Shown piece after piece: positions 50,336-59,608 of a stretch of DNA of 64,000 bases. Where the stretch lies: the IMG/VR virus record IMGVR_UViG_3300010158_000027, positions 62,001-126,000 of that record; one strand, 5' to 3'. The notes beneath the pieces were generated by a model. It was not told the DNA's origin. It ran no database searches and saw only the letters and a list, made by a program, of their open reading frames with translations. Each line of letters begins with the position of its first letter. The stretch's first letter is position 1. Position numbers and translations under genes: made by a program.

Positions 50336-53300
50336 ATGTCAAATACTAAAATTGTCTTAAATAGACAGTCCGATTTAATATTGGACAATGCGGAAATTAC
50401 ATCACCAGTTGGTATCGTCTTAGCTGACATCGCTGGAGCTACTGATGCAATATCTGCTGAAGAATCATTAAGAATAGCTGGTGTTGAACAAGTAACTCAA
50501 CTGGTAAAAACGGAACAAGATACTCGCGTCGCTGCTGTATCTACTGAAGAGTCTGCTCGTATCGCTGGTGATGCTAACCTTCAAAACCAAATCGACAATG
50601 TACTATCTAATGTTGATGGTGCTGCTTTGGATTCATTAACTGAAATCGTTGGAGCATTCCAATCTGCTGATGATGACTTGAATGGTGCTATCACACTTTT
50701 AGCTAACACTGCAAGTTCTGCATTGTCAACTGAAGTTGAAGCTCGTATCTCTGATGTTGATGCTGAACAAGCAAGAGCTGAATCAGCTGAAGCTGTATTG
50801 ACTGCTGATTTATCTGCTGAAGTTTCTCGTGCAATGGCTGCTGAAGACGCAATGGATAATAGATACTCTACAGAAATCTCTAATGAAGAGTATGCACGTA
50901 TCGCTGCTATAAACGCAGAAGAATCTGCTCGTATCGCTGCTGTTGATGCTGAACAAGCAAGAGCAATGGATGCTGAAGCTAGTTTATTCGATTCTATCCT
51001 TTCTGAAGAAGGTAGAGCAATGGATGCTGAAGCTAGTTTAGCTACATTTATCGCTGCTGAACACAGTGAACACATCGCAAACGAATTATCTATCGTTACG
51101 GCAATGGATGCTGCTGATTCAGCTGAAGCATCTGCTCGTATCGCTGGTGATGCATCTTTAACTGCTGATTTGTCTGCTGAAGTTGCTGCTCGTGGAACTG
51201 CTGTTGATGCTGAAGAATCTGCAAGAATTGAACAATTTAAGTTTTTAGATTATAAACATAACGTACGTGAATCTGAATTGACTTCTGATTTATCAAGTGA
51301 AGTTGCTGCTAGAGGAAATGCTATCGATAATGAAGCATCTGCAAGAATCGATGGTGACCAATCACTACAAAACCAAATTGATTTCATCACAGACAACACT
51401 GATGCTGCTGCAATTGATTCATTAACTGAAATCGTTGCTGCTTTCCAAAGTGCTGACGGAGAAATCAATGGTGCAATTACTACATTAGCTGATGCTGCTG
51501 GAGCTAACTTGTCAACTGAAGTTGCTCGTGCTACAAGTGCTGAAGGTGTATTAACTGCTGATTTATCTTCTGAAGTTGCTGCAAGAGAAGCTGCTGTTTC
51601 TATGGAAGAAGCTGCTCGTATTGCTGATGTTGATGCTGAAGAGTCAAGAGCTATCGCTGCTGAAGGTGTATTAACTGCCGATTTATCTACTGAAGTTGCT
51701 GCTCGTATCGCTGATGTTGATGCTGAAGAGTCTCGTGCTATTGCTGCTGATGAGTCAATCGCTGCTGGTTTATTTGATGAAATCGTTGATAGAGCTGCTG
51801 CGGTTTCTACTGAAACATCTGCACGTATTGCTGACGTTGATGCTGAAGAATCTCGTGCTATTGCTGCTGAAGGTGTATTAACTGCCGATTTATCTGCTGA
51901 AGCATCTACTAGATATGCTAACGATTACAAATTGACATCTGATTTAAATTCAGAAATCACAAACAGAGGAAATGCTGTTGATGCTGAAGCGTCTTACAGA
52001 GTTGCTGGAGATTTATCTCTACAAAACCAAATTGACTTCATCACAGAAAACATCGACCCAGTTGCTATCGATTCATTAACTGAAATCGTTGCTGCTTTCC
52101 AAACTGCTGATGGTGATATTAACGGAGCAATTACTACATTAGCTGATGCTGCTGCTGCTGGTTTATCAACTGAGGTTGAAAGAGCTACAAGTGCTGAAGG
52201 TGTATTAACTGCTGATTTGTCTACTGAAGTTGCGGCTCGTATTGCTGATGTTGATGCTGAAGAATCTGCTCGTATCGCTGCTGTAAATGCTGAAGCGTCT
52301 ACTGCTAGAGCTGCTGAAGGTGTATTAACTGCTGATTTATCAAGTGAAGTATCTGCAAGAATCGCTGACGTTGATGCTGAAGAAGCAAGAGCAATGTCTG
52401 CTGAGTTAGTTTTAACAAACGATTTATCTGCTGAAGTTTCTAACAGAATAGCTGATGTTGATGCTGAAGAATCAAGAGCTACTGCTGCTGAAGCGGTATT
52501 GACTGCTGATTTATCAAGTGAAATGTCTGCACGTATTGCTGACGTTGATGCTGAAGAAGCAAGTAGAGTTAAAGCTGATGCATTTATTACTAAAGAATTA
52601 TCTTCTGAAGTTTCTAACAGAGGAACTGCTGTAACTGCTGAAGCATCTTACCGTGTTTCAGGTGATTTGTCACTTCAAAACCAAATTGACTTCATTACAT
52701 CTAACGTTGATGCTGCGGCAATCGATTCATTAACTGAAATCGTTTCTGCATTCCAATCTGCTGATGGTGATATCAACAACGCAATCACTACATTAGCTGA
52801 TGCTGCTGGTGCTAACTTGTCAACTGAAGTTGCAAGAGCTGAAAGTGCTGAAGGTGTATTGACTGCTGATTTATCAAGTGAAGTATCTGCTCGTTTAGCT
52901 CAAATCCAATCAGTGGGTAATGATATTGATGATGAAAAAGCATCAAGACAAGCCGCTGTTTCTGCTGAAGTATCTGCTCGTATCTCTGATGTTGATGCTG
53001 AAGAATCAAGAGCTATCGCTGCTGAAGGTGTTTTAACATCAGATTTATCTTCTGAAGTTGCTAACAGAGAAGCTGCAATATCTGCTGAAGAATCAATGAG
53101 AGTTGAAGCTGATGCATCTATCGCTGCTGAATTGTCTTCTGACATTGCTGGATTAGCTGATGTTGATGGAACAACTATCGTTCTTAACGGTGGTACTAAC
53201 CAAATCGAATTAGCTGACGAAGTTGCTGCTGGTGCTGGTGGAAATAGAACGTTCTTAGGTGAAATCGATATCGAAACAATCTTGAAAGTAGGTGGTGTTG

Positions 53301-53719
53301 ATGTAATGGCTGAAATTAGTTCAGAAATTGCAAGAGCTGAAGCTGCTGAAGCGTCTATCGCTGAAGAATTGTCTACTGAAGTATCTTACTTAATCGCTAA
53401 CACAGATTTAGGTTCAATTGACTCATTCGCTGAGATGGTTGATACATTAAACTCTGAAATATCTCGTGCTGAAAGTGCTGAAGTTAGTATGACTGCGGAT
53501 TTCGTAAATATCTACGCTAAACACGTTGGAATCGAAGCTCCAAATGGTACTAAAACACTTTTCGTTCTTGGTACTCCAGTTAGAACAGGTTCAGAATTAG
53601 TATACTTGAATGGTTTGTTATTGACTCCATCTGAAGATTATACTATGAATGGAAATGATGTTGAATTCTCTATCGCTCCTGCAGCAACTGATACAATCAG
53701 TGCTTACGGTGTATGTTAA
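50336..53719 (+). CDS. long Ala/Glu-rich coiled-coil fibre protein with nested repeats
   Basis: About 29-aa units EVAARIADVDAEESRAIAAEGVLTADLSS; four LQNQID...DSLTEIV.AF blocks; strong GCT/GAA codon bias. Confidence 0.75.
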   Translation: MSNTKIVLNRQSDLILDNAEITSPVGIVLADIAGATDAISAEESLRIAGVEQVTQLVKTEQDTRVAAVSTEESARIAGDANLQNQIDNVLSNVDGAALDSLTEIVGAFQSADDDLNGAITLLANTASSALSTEVEARISDVDAEQARAESAEAVLTADLSAEVSRAMAAEDAMDNRYSTEISNEEYARIAAINAEESARIAAVDAEQARAMDAEASLFDSILSEEGRAMDAEASLATFIAAEHSEHIANELSIVTAMDAADSAEASARIAGDASLTADLSAEVAARGTAVDAEESARIEQFKFLDYKHNVRESELTSDLSSEVAARGNAIDNEASARIDGDQSLQNQIDFITDNTDAAAIDSLTEIVAAFQSADGEINGAITTLADAAGANLSTEVARATSAEGVLTADLSSEVAAREAAVSMEEAARIADVDAEESRAIAAEGVLTADLSTEVAARIADVDAEESRAIAADESIAAGLFDEIVDRAAAVSTETSARIADVDAEESRAIAAEGVLTADLSAEASTRYANDYKLTSDLNSEITNRGNAVDAEASYRVAGDLSLQNQIDFITENIDPVAIDSLTEIVAAFQTADGDINGAITTLADAAAAGLSTEVERATSAEGVLTADLSTEVAARIADVDAEESARIAAVNAEASTARAAEGVLTADLSSEVSARIADVDAEEARAMSAELVLTNDLSAEVSNRIADVDAEESRATAAEAVLTADLSSEMSARIADVDAEEASRVKADAFITKELSSEVSNRGTAVTAEASYRVSGDLSLQNQIDFITSNVDAAAIDSLTEIVSAFQSADGDINNAITTLADAAGANLSTEVARAESAEGVLTADLSSEVSARLAQIQSVGNDIDDEKASRQAAVSAEVSARISDVDAEESRAIAAEGVLTSDLSSEVANREAAISAEESMRVEADASIAAELSSDIAGLADVDGTTIVLNGGTNQIELADEVAAGAGGNRTFLGEIDIETILKVGGVDVMAEISSEIARAEAAEASIAEELSTEVSYLIANTDLGSIDSFAEMVDTLNSEISRAESAEVSMTADFVNIYAKHVGIEAPNGTKTLFVLGTPVRTGSELVYLNGLLLTPSEDYTMNGNDVEFSIAPAATDTISAYGVC
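50570..53100 (+). repeat. nested coding repeats in the fibre gene
   Basis: LQNQID blocks begin near 50578, 51364, 52018 and 52673; the last three are about 654 nt apart. Confidence 0.85.
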
Positions 53720-53744
53720 TTCATCATTAAAATAATGAAACGCA

Positions 53745-53778
53745 AATGGGGGAGGTTTACCTCCCCTATTGTGTTTTT
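53745..53778 (+). terminator. intrinsic terminator
   Basis: AATGGGGGAGG-TTTA-CCTCCCCTATT followed by GTGTTTTT. Confidence 0.7.
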
Positions 53779-53811
53779 ATAATAAACAATTAAAAATTAA
53801 AAAATTAAAAA

Positions 53812-54225
53812 ATGACACAGAATAAACTTAGAGTGAAAGGTGTTAATAGTGGTGGTGGAACATATCCATCTATGTTATATAACATTGACGCAATTAATGA
53901 TGGTCCATTCCAATTCAATCATATTCGTTATGATGCAAATCAACCTCAAATCTTAACTAACGTATTACAAATTAGTACCATGGGTAGAAATGGTGATAAC
54001 TTTGATTTATTACAAATCATCCAAACCAATCAATTAATTCGAATTACACAAGAAGGTAATCCATCAATTTACCAACAATTCCGAGTTATGGGTGGAGGTC
54101 AGATTACGAAAGGAACGAATGGTGTTTCACCTATATCACCATATATTACATACCCAGTAGCATTTGATGTATTCACTATATCGGATTTTCCACATGATAT
54201 ACCAGTAATCGTTACTGTAGTATAA
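53812..54225 (+). CDS. hypothetical protein starting with a KLRVKGV tag
   Basis: MTQNKLRVKGV...; shares a 16-nt leader with the LRR genes. Confidence 0.75.
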   Translation: MTQNKLRVKGVNSGGGTYPSMLYNIDAINDGPFQFNHIRYDANQPQILTNVLQISTMGRNGDNFDLLQIIQTNQLIRITQEGNPSIYQQFRVMGGGQITKGTNGVSPISPYITYPVAFDVFTISDFPHDIPVIVTVV

Positions 54226-54256
54226 ATAAACAATTAAAAATAAAAAATAAAAAATT

Positions 54257-55732
54257 ATGGCAACATTCATAACATCCAAATCAGTTGGACAAACAATCAA
54301 CATTTGGGTTCAAACATCAACTGGATTTTGGAAATATAATCACGATGGAAGTGATTCAAGTGTATTTGACCAAGATGATGGTTGGGCAAACAATATACCA
54401 GTTATAAACGCAAACGGTGAATTCACAATTATATCATGTTTATCTGATGGTACAGTTAGTGGAGATATAACTCAGTTGAATTTAGAAAATAACCAATTAA
54501 CATCATTTGACGGAACTGGTTTAGAGAGTTTAACTAATTTATATTTACCTAGTAATCAATTAACATCATTGGATGGATTTATTTTTCCAACAAGTTTAAC
54601 TACTTTTATTTTAGCAAATAACCTCTTTACATCATTTGATGGAACTGGATTAAGTGGTCTACGTCTTTTGAATTTAACTGATAACCAATTAACATCATTT
54701 GACGGAACTGGTTTAACAAGTTTATTTGAGTTGTATTTAGAAAATAACCAATTAACATCAATTGATGTGACTGGTTTATCTAGTTTACTACGTTTGCGTT
54801 TACAAAATAACCAATTCACATCAATTGATGTGACTGGTTTATCTAGTTTAGTCGGTTTGAATTTAAATCAGAACCAATTAACATCATTTGATGGAACTGG
54901 TTTATCTAGTTTACTTGAATTGAGTTTAGATAATAACCAATTCACATCAATTGATGTGACTGGTTTATCTAGTTTAACTTGGTTGGGTTTACAACAAAAC
55001 CAATTAACATCATTTGATGGAACTGGTTTATCCGGTTTACTTCAATTATATTTATCTAGTAACCTTTTAACTTCATTTGATGGAACTGAGTTAGTGAGTT
55101 TAACACGATTGGGGTTAAGTATTAACCAATTAACATCATTTGACGGAACTGGTTTAGTGAGTTTAACTTGGTTAGACTTAAATAGTAACCAATTAACATC
55201 ATTTGATGGGACAGATTTAACAAATTTAACTGAGTTGTCTTTAGGTGTTAACCAATTAACATCATTAGATGGGTTTATTTTACCAACAAGTTTAATTAAT
55301 TTGGATTTAAACAATAACCAATTAACATCATTTGATGGTAATGGACTATCTAGTTTACATGTTTTAAATATTAATAGCAACCAATTAACATCATTTGACG
55401 GAACTGGTTTAGTGAGTTTAACTCAATTGTATTTATCTAATAACCTTTTAACATCACTTGATGTTACTGATTTAGTGAGTTTAGTTGGTTTGTATTTAAC
55501 TGATCTTAAAATAGGTAGTAATCCAATTACACCGTTATCAAACAATCAAATCATACATCAACTTAACCAACATAATGTACAATATGGTCAATTTTATTCA
55601 AATGGTGGTAGAACATCTGCAGGCGATGCTGATTATGATAACTTAGTAAGTTTAGGTTGGAATTTCTATGGTTTAGATTTAATCATTGTTGGAAGTGGTA
55701 AACTAAGAGTAAAAGGTGTAACAACTATTTAA
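54257..55732 (+). CDS. leucine-rich repeat protein (16 full repeats plus one partial)
   Basis: 21-22-aa LxxLxLxxNQLTSFDGTGLSS units between conserved caps; ends GSGKLRVKGVTTI; no signal peptide. Confidence 0.92.
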   Translation: MATFITSKSVGQTINIWVQTSTGFWKYNHDGSDSSVFDQDDGWANNIPVINANGEFTIISCLSDGTVSGDITQLNLENNQLTSFDGTGLESLTNLYLPSNQLTSLDGFIFPTSLTTFILANNLFTSFDGTGLSGLRLLNLTDNQLTSFDGTGLTSLFELYLENNQLTSIDVTGLSSLLRLRLQNNQFTSIDVTGLSSLVGLNLNQNQLTSFDGTGLSSLLELSLDNNQFTSIDVTGLSSLTWLGLQQNQLTSFDGTGLSGLLQLYLSSNLLTSFDGTELVSLTRLGLSINQLTSFDGTGLVSLTWLDLNSNQLTSFDGTDLTNLTELSLGVNQLTSLDGFILPTSLINLDLNNNQLTSFDGNGLSSLHVLNINSNQLTSFDGTGLVSLTQLYLSNNLLTSLDVTDLVSLVGLYLTDLKIGSNPITPLSNNQIIHQLNQHNVQYGQFYSNGGRTSAGDADYDNLVSLGWNFYGLDLIIVGSGKLRVKGVTTI

Positions 55733-55763
55733 AATAAACAATTAAAAATTAAATAAAAAAATT

Positions 55764-56660
55764 ATGGCAACATTCATAACATCCAAAGCAGTTGGAGAAT
55801 CAATCAACATTTATGTTCAAACATCAACTGGATTTTGGAAATATAATCACGATGGAAGTGATTCAAGTGTAAAGGCAAATGGTTGGGTAGAATATATACC
55901 AGTAGCGAACATAAACGGTGAATTCACAATCATTTCATGTGATTCAGATGGTACAGTTAGTGGTGATATAACTAATTTACATTTAAATGATAACCAATTA
56001 ACATCATTTGACGGAACTGGTTTATCTAGTTTAAATATTTTGAATTTAAATAGTAACCAACTAACATCATTTGACGGAACTGGTTTATCTAGTTTAACTG
56101 ATTTGAATTTATATAATAACCCATTAACATCATTTGATGGAACTGGTTTATCTAGTTTAACTGAGTTGAATTTACGTAATAACCAATTAACATCATTTGA
56201 CGGAACTGGTTTATCCAGTTTAACTACTTTGAATTTAAGTGGACCTAGAGGTGGTGGTGGGACACTAACCTCAGTTAGTAACCTTCCATCAAGTTTAATT
56301 AATTTAAATTTACAAAGTAACCAATTAACATCATTTGATGGAACTGGTTTATCTAGTTTAACTCATTTATATTTATCTAGTAACCAATTAACATCATTTG
56401 ACGGAACTGGTTTATCTAGTTTAACTTATTTGTATTTATTTGGTAATCCAATAAACCAATCATCCGTAAACAATCAAATCCTAAATCAACTTAATCAAAA
56501 TGGATTATCTGGTGGTTATTTTGAATCTAACAATGGTAGAACATCGGCAAGTAACACTGATTATGATAACTTAATAAGTTTAGGTTGGAGTTTTAATGGT
56601 TTAGATTTAATCATTGTTGGAAGTGGTAAACTAAGAGTTAAAGGTGTAACAACTATTTAA
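55764..56660 (+). CDS. leucine-rich repeat protein paralogue (7 repeats plus one partial)
   Basis: Same N-cap (MATFITSK...TGFWKYNHDGSDSS) and C-cap as the neighbour. Confidence 0.92.
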   Translation: MATFITSKAVGESINIYVQTSTGFWKYNHDGSDSSVKANGWVEYIPVANINGEFTIISCDSDGTVSGDITNLHLNDNQLTSFDGTGLSSLNILNLNSNQLTSFDGTGLSSLTDLNLYNNPLTSFDGTGLSSLTELNLRNNQLTSFDGTGLSSLTTLNLSGPRGGGGTLTSVSNLPSSLINLNLQSNQLTSFDGTGLSSLTHLYLSSNQLTSFDGTGLSSLTYLYLFGNPINQSSVNNQILNQLNQNGLSGGYFESNNGRTSASNTDYDNLISLGWSFNGLDLIIVGSGKLRVKGVTTI

Positions 56661-56689
56661 AATAAATACTCAAATTAACACAACAAAAG

Positions 56690-56716
56690 AAGGGACTCAA
56701 ATCGAGTCCCTTTTTT
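56690..56716. terminator. probably bidirectional intrinsic terminator
   Basis: AAGGGACTC-AAATC-GAGTCCCTT-TTTT between convergent genes. Confidence 0.8.
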
Positions 56717-56735
56717 ATATTATAAAAATCATATT

Positions 56736-57935
56736 TCATTTTAAGTTTTTATACAAATTTGTTTTCGGATTATATTCCAAACCATCATTACCCCCATTAA
56801 ACAAGTTATGAATTAATTTATCATATGTTTTAACCAATTTCATATTATCCGCATGATATCTCATCAATACCTTATCGTTACGTTCATTATACGAGTCAAT
56901 ATTCTTATCATGCTCAGTTAATATGTAATCCAATTGTTTAGCACCATCAACGGTATCTGAACCTTCATAGTAATAACCCAAATCTTTACACATCGGAGCG
57001 TTATGTAATACTGGATATCCCATATACGCAGCATCCAAATAAATGTAATTTAATGGATTTAATATTTGATGACAGATTAATACGTCAATATGTTGGGTTA
57101 ATATAAATGCTGTTTGATATCTACTTTCGGATGTTATTTTATTGTCTTTAAATAAATCAAAAGTCCTAATCATTCCCATGAACTCCTTGTGTTTAGCAAC
57201 TTTCTCGGAATTGGTTAACATTAATTTATCTATATGTTCTTTACCTATATCTCCACGATACGATTCTTCGGCAATCATTGCTGGTATAAGACAAAATTTA
57301 ACCATGTTAAGGTTCGGTTCCATCACACCCAATCGTTTCTTTTCTTTACCGATGTTGTATCGATAATCTTTTTTAAATGAACCCTTTTTAAATCCTTTTT
57401 CAATATCAACAAGAGCCTCTAGTAGATATTGGTGATGCCATATGAAAGGGACGATAAACGCTTTAGACCGATATAGTGTATGATAATAACCACAATTAGT
57501 TTCATGTTGTTGAGGTATATACCATATTTCATCATATGCTTCATCGAATTGATAAACTTTTTTCTCATCTTCTTTAAACAGGATGTTTTCAGCACTTAGA
57601 ATATAATTGTTACCACATTTGTATGCAATTATTTTTTTATTCGGTTTTGATTTAAACTTCTCAATTTCAGATTTATTAATCTGAGCTCCCATAACGATTA
57701 ACAAATCCATGTCTTCGTAATGGTCTTTAAAGTTGCAAATGTTAACATCGGTTAAATAACTTGGTTTAGTCGACCAATCAACATCGATTGTGTTTAATAA
57801 AGTTATTTCATATTTCTCATTCGAGTTTTTTAACAACTTAGTTAACATCAATATGTTTTGTTTAATTCCGTTTGTCCAAATCGACTCTTTATTATCTTTT
57901 AGACCGAGTGTAATTCCAATTTTTAAATTTTTCAT
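56736..57935 (-). CDS. DUF2827-like putative glycosyltransferase
   Basis: SIWTNGIKQN, CGNNY, HQILNPLNYIYLDAAYMGYPVLHN...GYYY pattern recalled from DUF2827. Confidence 0.65.
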   Translation of the reverse strand: MKNLKIGITLGLKDNKESIWTNGIKQNILMLTKLLKNSNEKYEITLLNTIDVDWSTKPSYLTDVNICNFKDHYEDMDLLIVMGAQINKSEIEKFKSKPNKKIIAYKCGNNYILSAENILFKEDEKKVYQFDEAYDEIWYIPQQHETNCGYYHTLYRSKAFIVPFIWHHQYLLEALVDIEKGFKKGSFKKDYRYNIGKEKKRLGVMEPNLNMVKFCLIPAMIAEESYRGDIGKEHIDKLMLTNSEKVAKHKEFMGMIRTFDLFKDNKITSESRYQTAFILTQHIDVLICHQILNPLNYIYLDAAYMGYPVLHNAPMCKDLGYYYEGSDTVDGAKQLDYILTEHDKNIDSYNERNDKVLMRYHADNMKLVKTYDKLIHNLFNGGNDGLEYNPKTNLYKNLK

Positions 57936-58507
57936 TTTGTTATATTTACGTGTTTGTTTATAAATTTTAATACTACTTCATCTTTTATTTCTTGCGTCGG
58001 AGCATGTACCCACAACCATAGAAATGATGTCTCTAAGTCCGACATCTCTTTTCGTTTTAATAAAATAACCTCCATTATGTTTTCCACATCTTCACCTTCC
58101 AATTCGACATCGATATTTAACTCAACACATATCATATATAACTCAAGTAGGTTGTTATCTGCATATGATTCCTTGGCTTTAATATATGTGTCTAACATTT
58201 CTTCAGAATCTATTTTATCAGGATGCGTAACTTTTACGATGTCCCTATAGATTTTTTTCATCTTACGTTTGGTGTGATCATTGACGTTTTTAATTTTGGG
58301 TTCCTTTTCTACCTTATCTTTAGGTTCGGTAGGTATTTCAGGTTCAGGTGACGACACACCCAACTCTTTTTTCTTATCCTCTATCGATTTTAAAAACTCA
58401 CTACGGTTATCTCCAATCACTTCTCTTTTATATTCGTCATCAATCAACAAGAAATTATATTCCTGTAGTAGTTTTTTAATCTCTAATTTTTTTATTTTAT
58501 CACTCAT
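57932..58507 (-). CDS. J-domain (DnaJ-like) protein
   Basis: KKIYRDIVKVTHPDK: helix II plus HPD motif. Confidence 0.7.
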   Translation of the reverse strand: MSDKIKKLEIKKLLQEYNFLLIDDEYKREVIGDNRSEFLKSIEDKKKELGVSSPEPEIPTEPKDKVEKEPKIKNVNDHTKRKMKKIYRDIVKVTHPDKIDSEEMLDTYIKAKESYADNNLLELYMICVELNIDVELEGEDVENIMEVILLKRKEMSDLETSFLWLWVHAPTQEIKDEVVLKFINKHVNITK

Positions 58508-58587
58508 CCACCAATGGTGTTTTTAAATTTATCGTCCTGATACTATAAATATTAGAGATAGCCGGATATTTATAGTAAAAAGGTGTT

Positions 58588-58779
58588 ATGAAAGTATTAT
58601 TACATATATTCCATTTGGTTCCGATTATCGGGCTTGGAATTTTAGGGTTTCTTTATCCAGGGTGGTATCAAGATGGTTACTTAAACGACTGGTACCCTAG
58701 AATTGGGGCGTTCGTATCGATTTACGGTGGGTTTATCGGATCATTAATATGGTATATACAAAATTTCAAGAACTTATGA
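58588..58779 (+). CDS. small membrane protein
   Basis: Two hydrophobic segments; TATTTATA 13 nt upstream. Confidence 0.65.
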   Translation: MKVLLHIFHLVPIIGLGILGFLYPGWYQDGYLNDWYPRIGAFVSIYGGFIGSLIWYIQNFKNL

Positions 58780-59162
58780 TGGTGTTTATCGGATTGTTTT
58801 GTTTCATATTGGCTGGTGTTTTTGAAGGAATAATGGATACATTACAATTTCACTTTTCTAGTTCGTCGTTTTTTCATTTTAAAAATAAACTTTTTTGGAA
58901 TCCAGAGATTTCTTGGAAAAATAAATATAAAGATGGTGACCCAATGGGTGGACCTAAATTCCCGTTCTCAACGAATCTATTAGTGGGGATTACCGATGGA
59001 TGGCATCTATTTAAATTGTTAAGGACATTTTTTATCTTCGCTGGAGTATTTTTTATTTTTATCCCCTGTCAAACAACAATGATATGTTTAATGTATGTAT
59101 TTATATCTAGAATATTATACGGAGCGGCATTTAGTTTATCTTACGATTATTTATTTAAATAA
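58776..59162 (+). CDS. membrane protein
   Basis: Hydrophobic ends flanking FWNPEISWKNKY...TDGWHLFK; start placed at ATG 58776. Confidence 0.7.
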   Translation: MMVFIGLFCFILAGVFEGIMDTLQFHFSSSSFFHFKNKLFWNPEISWKNKYKDGDPMGGPKFPFSTNLLVGITDGWHLFKLLRTFFIFAGVFFIFIPCQTTMICLMYVFISRILYGAAFSLSYDYLFK

Positions 59163-59166
59163 CATT

Positions 59167-59520
59167 ATGGAATTTTTTATAGCAAAGGACTCATCATTAC
59201 CCATTTTAAAAATGGATGTTGTTAAAGACGGTAGAACTGACTCGTCAAAAAACTTCTATGACAGTATGGTGAATTCAAAAGTTAGGTTTTCAATGAAAAA
59301 CGAAGAAAACGGAATACAAAAAATCTTCATGCAAGACGCCATTTTTGTTCGAAAAACAAAATCGAACCCCGATTCCAATAATGAATATTATGTGGTGTAT
59401 AAATGGAAAAATAGGGACACCAAAACAAAAGGTAGATACATCGGTGAGTTTTTGGTGGTATTAGAAAGTGGTGAGTTAATTTCACCCATCCGAGAGAATC
59501 TTTACATAAATATTGTTTGA
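59167..59520 (+). CDS. hypothetical Ig-like (BppU-N-like) protein
   Basis: MEFFIAKDSSLPIL...VRFSM...VYKW...DT...G.Y.GEF; start placed at ATG 59167. Confidence 0.5.
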   Translation: MEFFIAKDSSLPILKMDVVKDGRTDSSKNFYDSMVNSKVRFSMKNEENGIQKIFMQDAIFVRKTKSNPDSNNEYYVVYKWKNRDTKTKGRYIGEFLVVLESGELISPIRENLYINIV

Positions 59521-59548
59521 CAAGTGTAATTTTTACATGTATATTTAA
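59516..59548 (+). promoter_or_regulatory. host-sigma-type promoter of DNA polymerase
   Basis: TTTGACAAGT...TATATTTAA with the same spacing as 7051-7083. Confidence 0.65.
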
Positions 59549-59560
59549 GACGAAGGTAAA

Positions 59561-59578
59561 TGTCACCCTTATGTGACA
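59561..59578 (+). promoter_or_regulatory. leader hairpin upstream of polB, candidate translational operator
   Basis: TGTCAC-CCTTAT-GTGACA perfect 6-bp stem, 30 nt before ATG 59609. Confidence 0.5.
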
Positions 59579-59608
59579 GCTAATACACCAAACTTAAAAA
59601 ATACGAAT

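Noticed and set aside
50581-53145. Antisense ORFs within the fibre gene
   Set aside because: Produced by GCT/GAA-biased repeats that lack stops on the reverse strand
54460-56450. CRISPR-like pattern of constant ~36-40 nt blocks alternating with variable ~24 nt blocks
   Set aside because: The period is 63 nt in frame, the variable parts keep LxxLxL, the repeats are not palindromic, and no cas genes are present; these are LRR coding repeats
54257-56660. DGR-type adenine mutagenesis of LRR variable codons (many are NNT, as if derived from AAT)
   Set aside because: No reverse transcriptase or non-coding template repeat in the window; many variable codons end in A or G, and NNT is expected in AT-rich DNA. 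Not excluded if a DGR lies elsewhere
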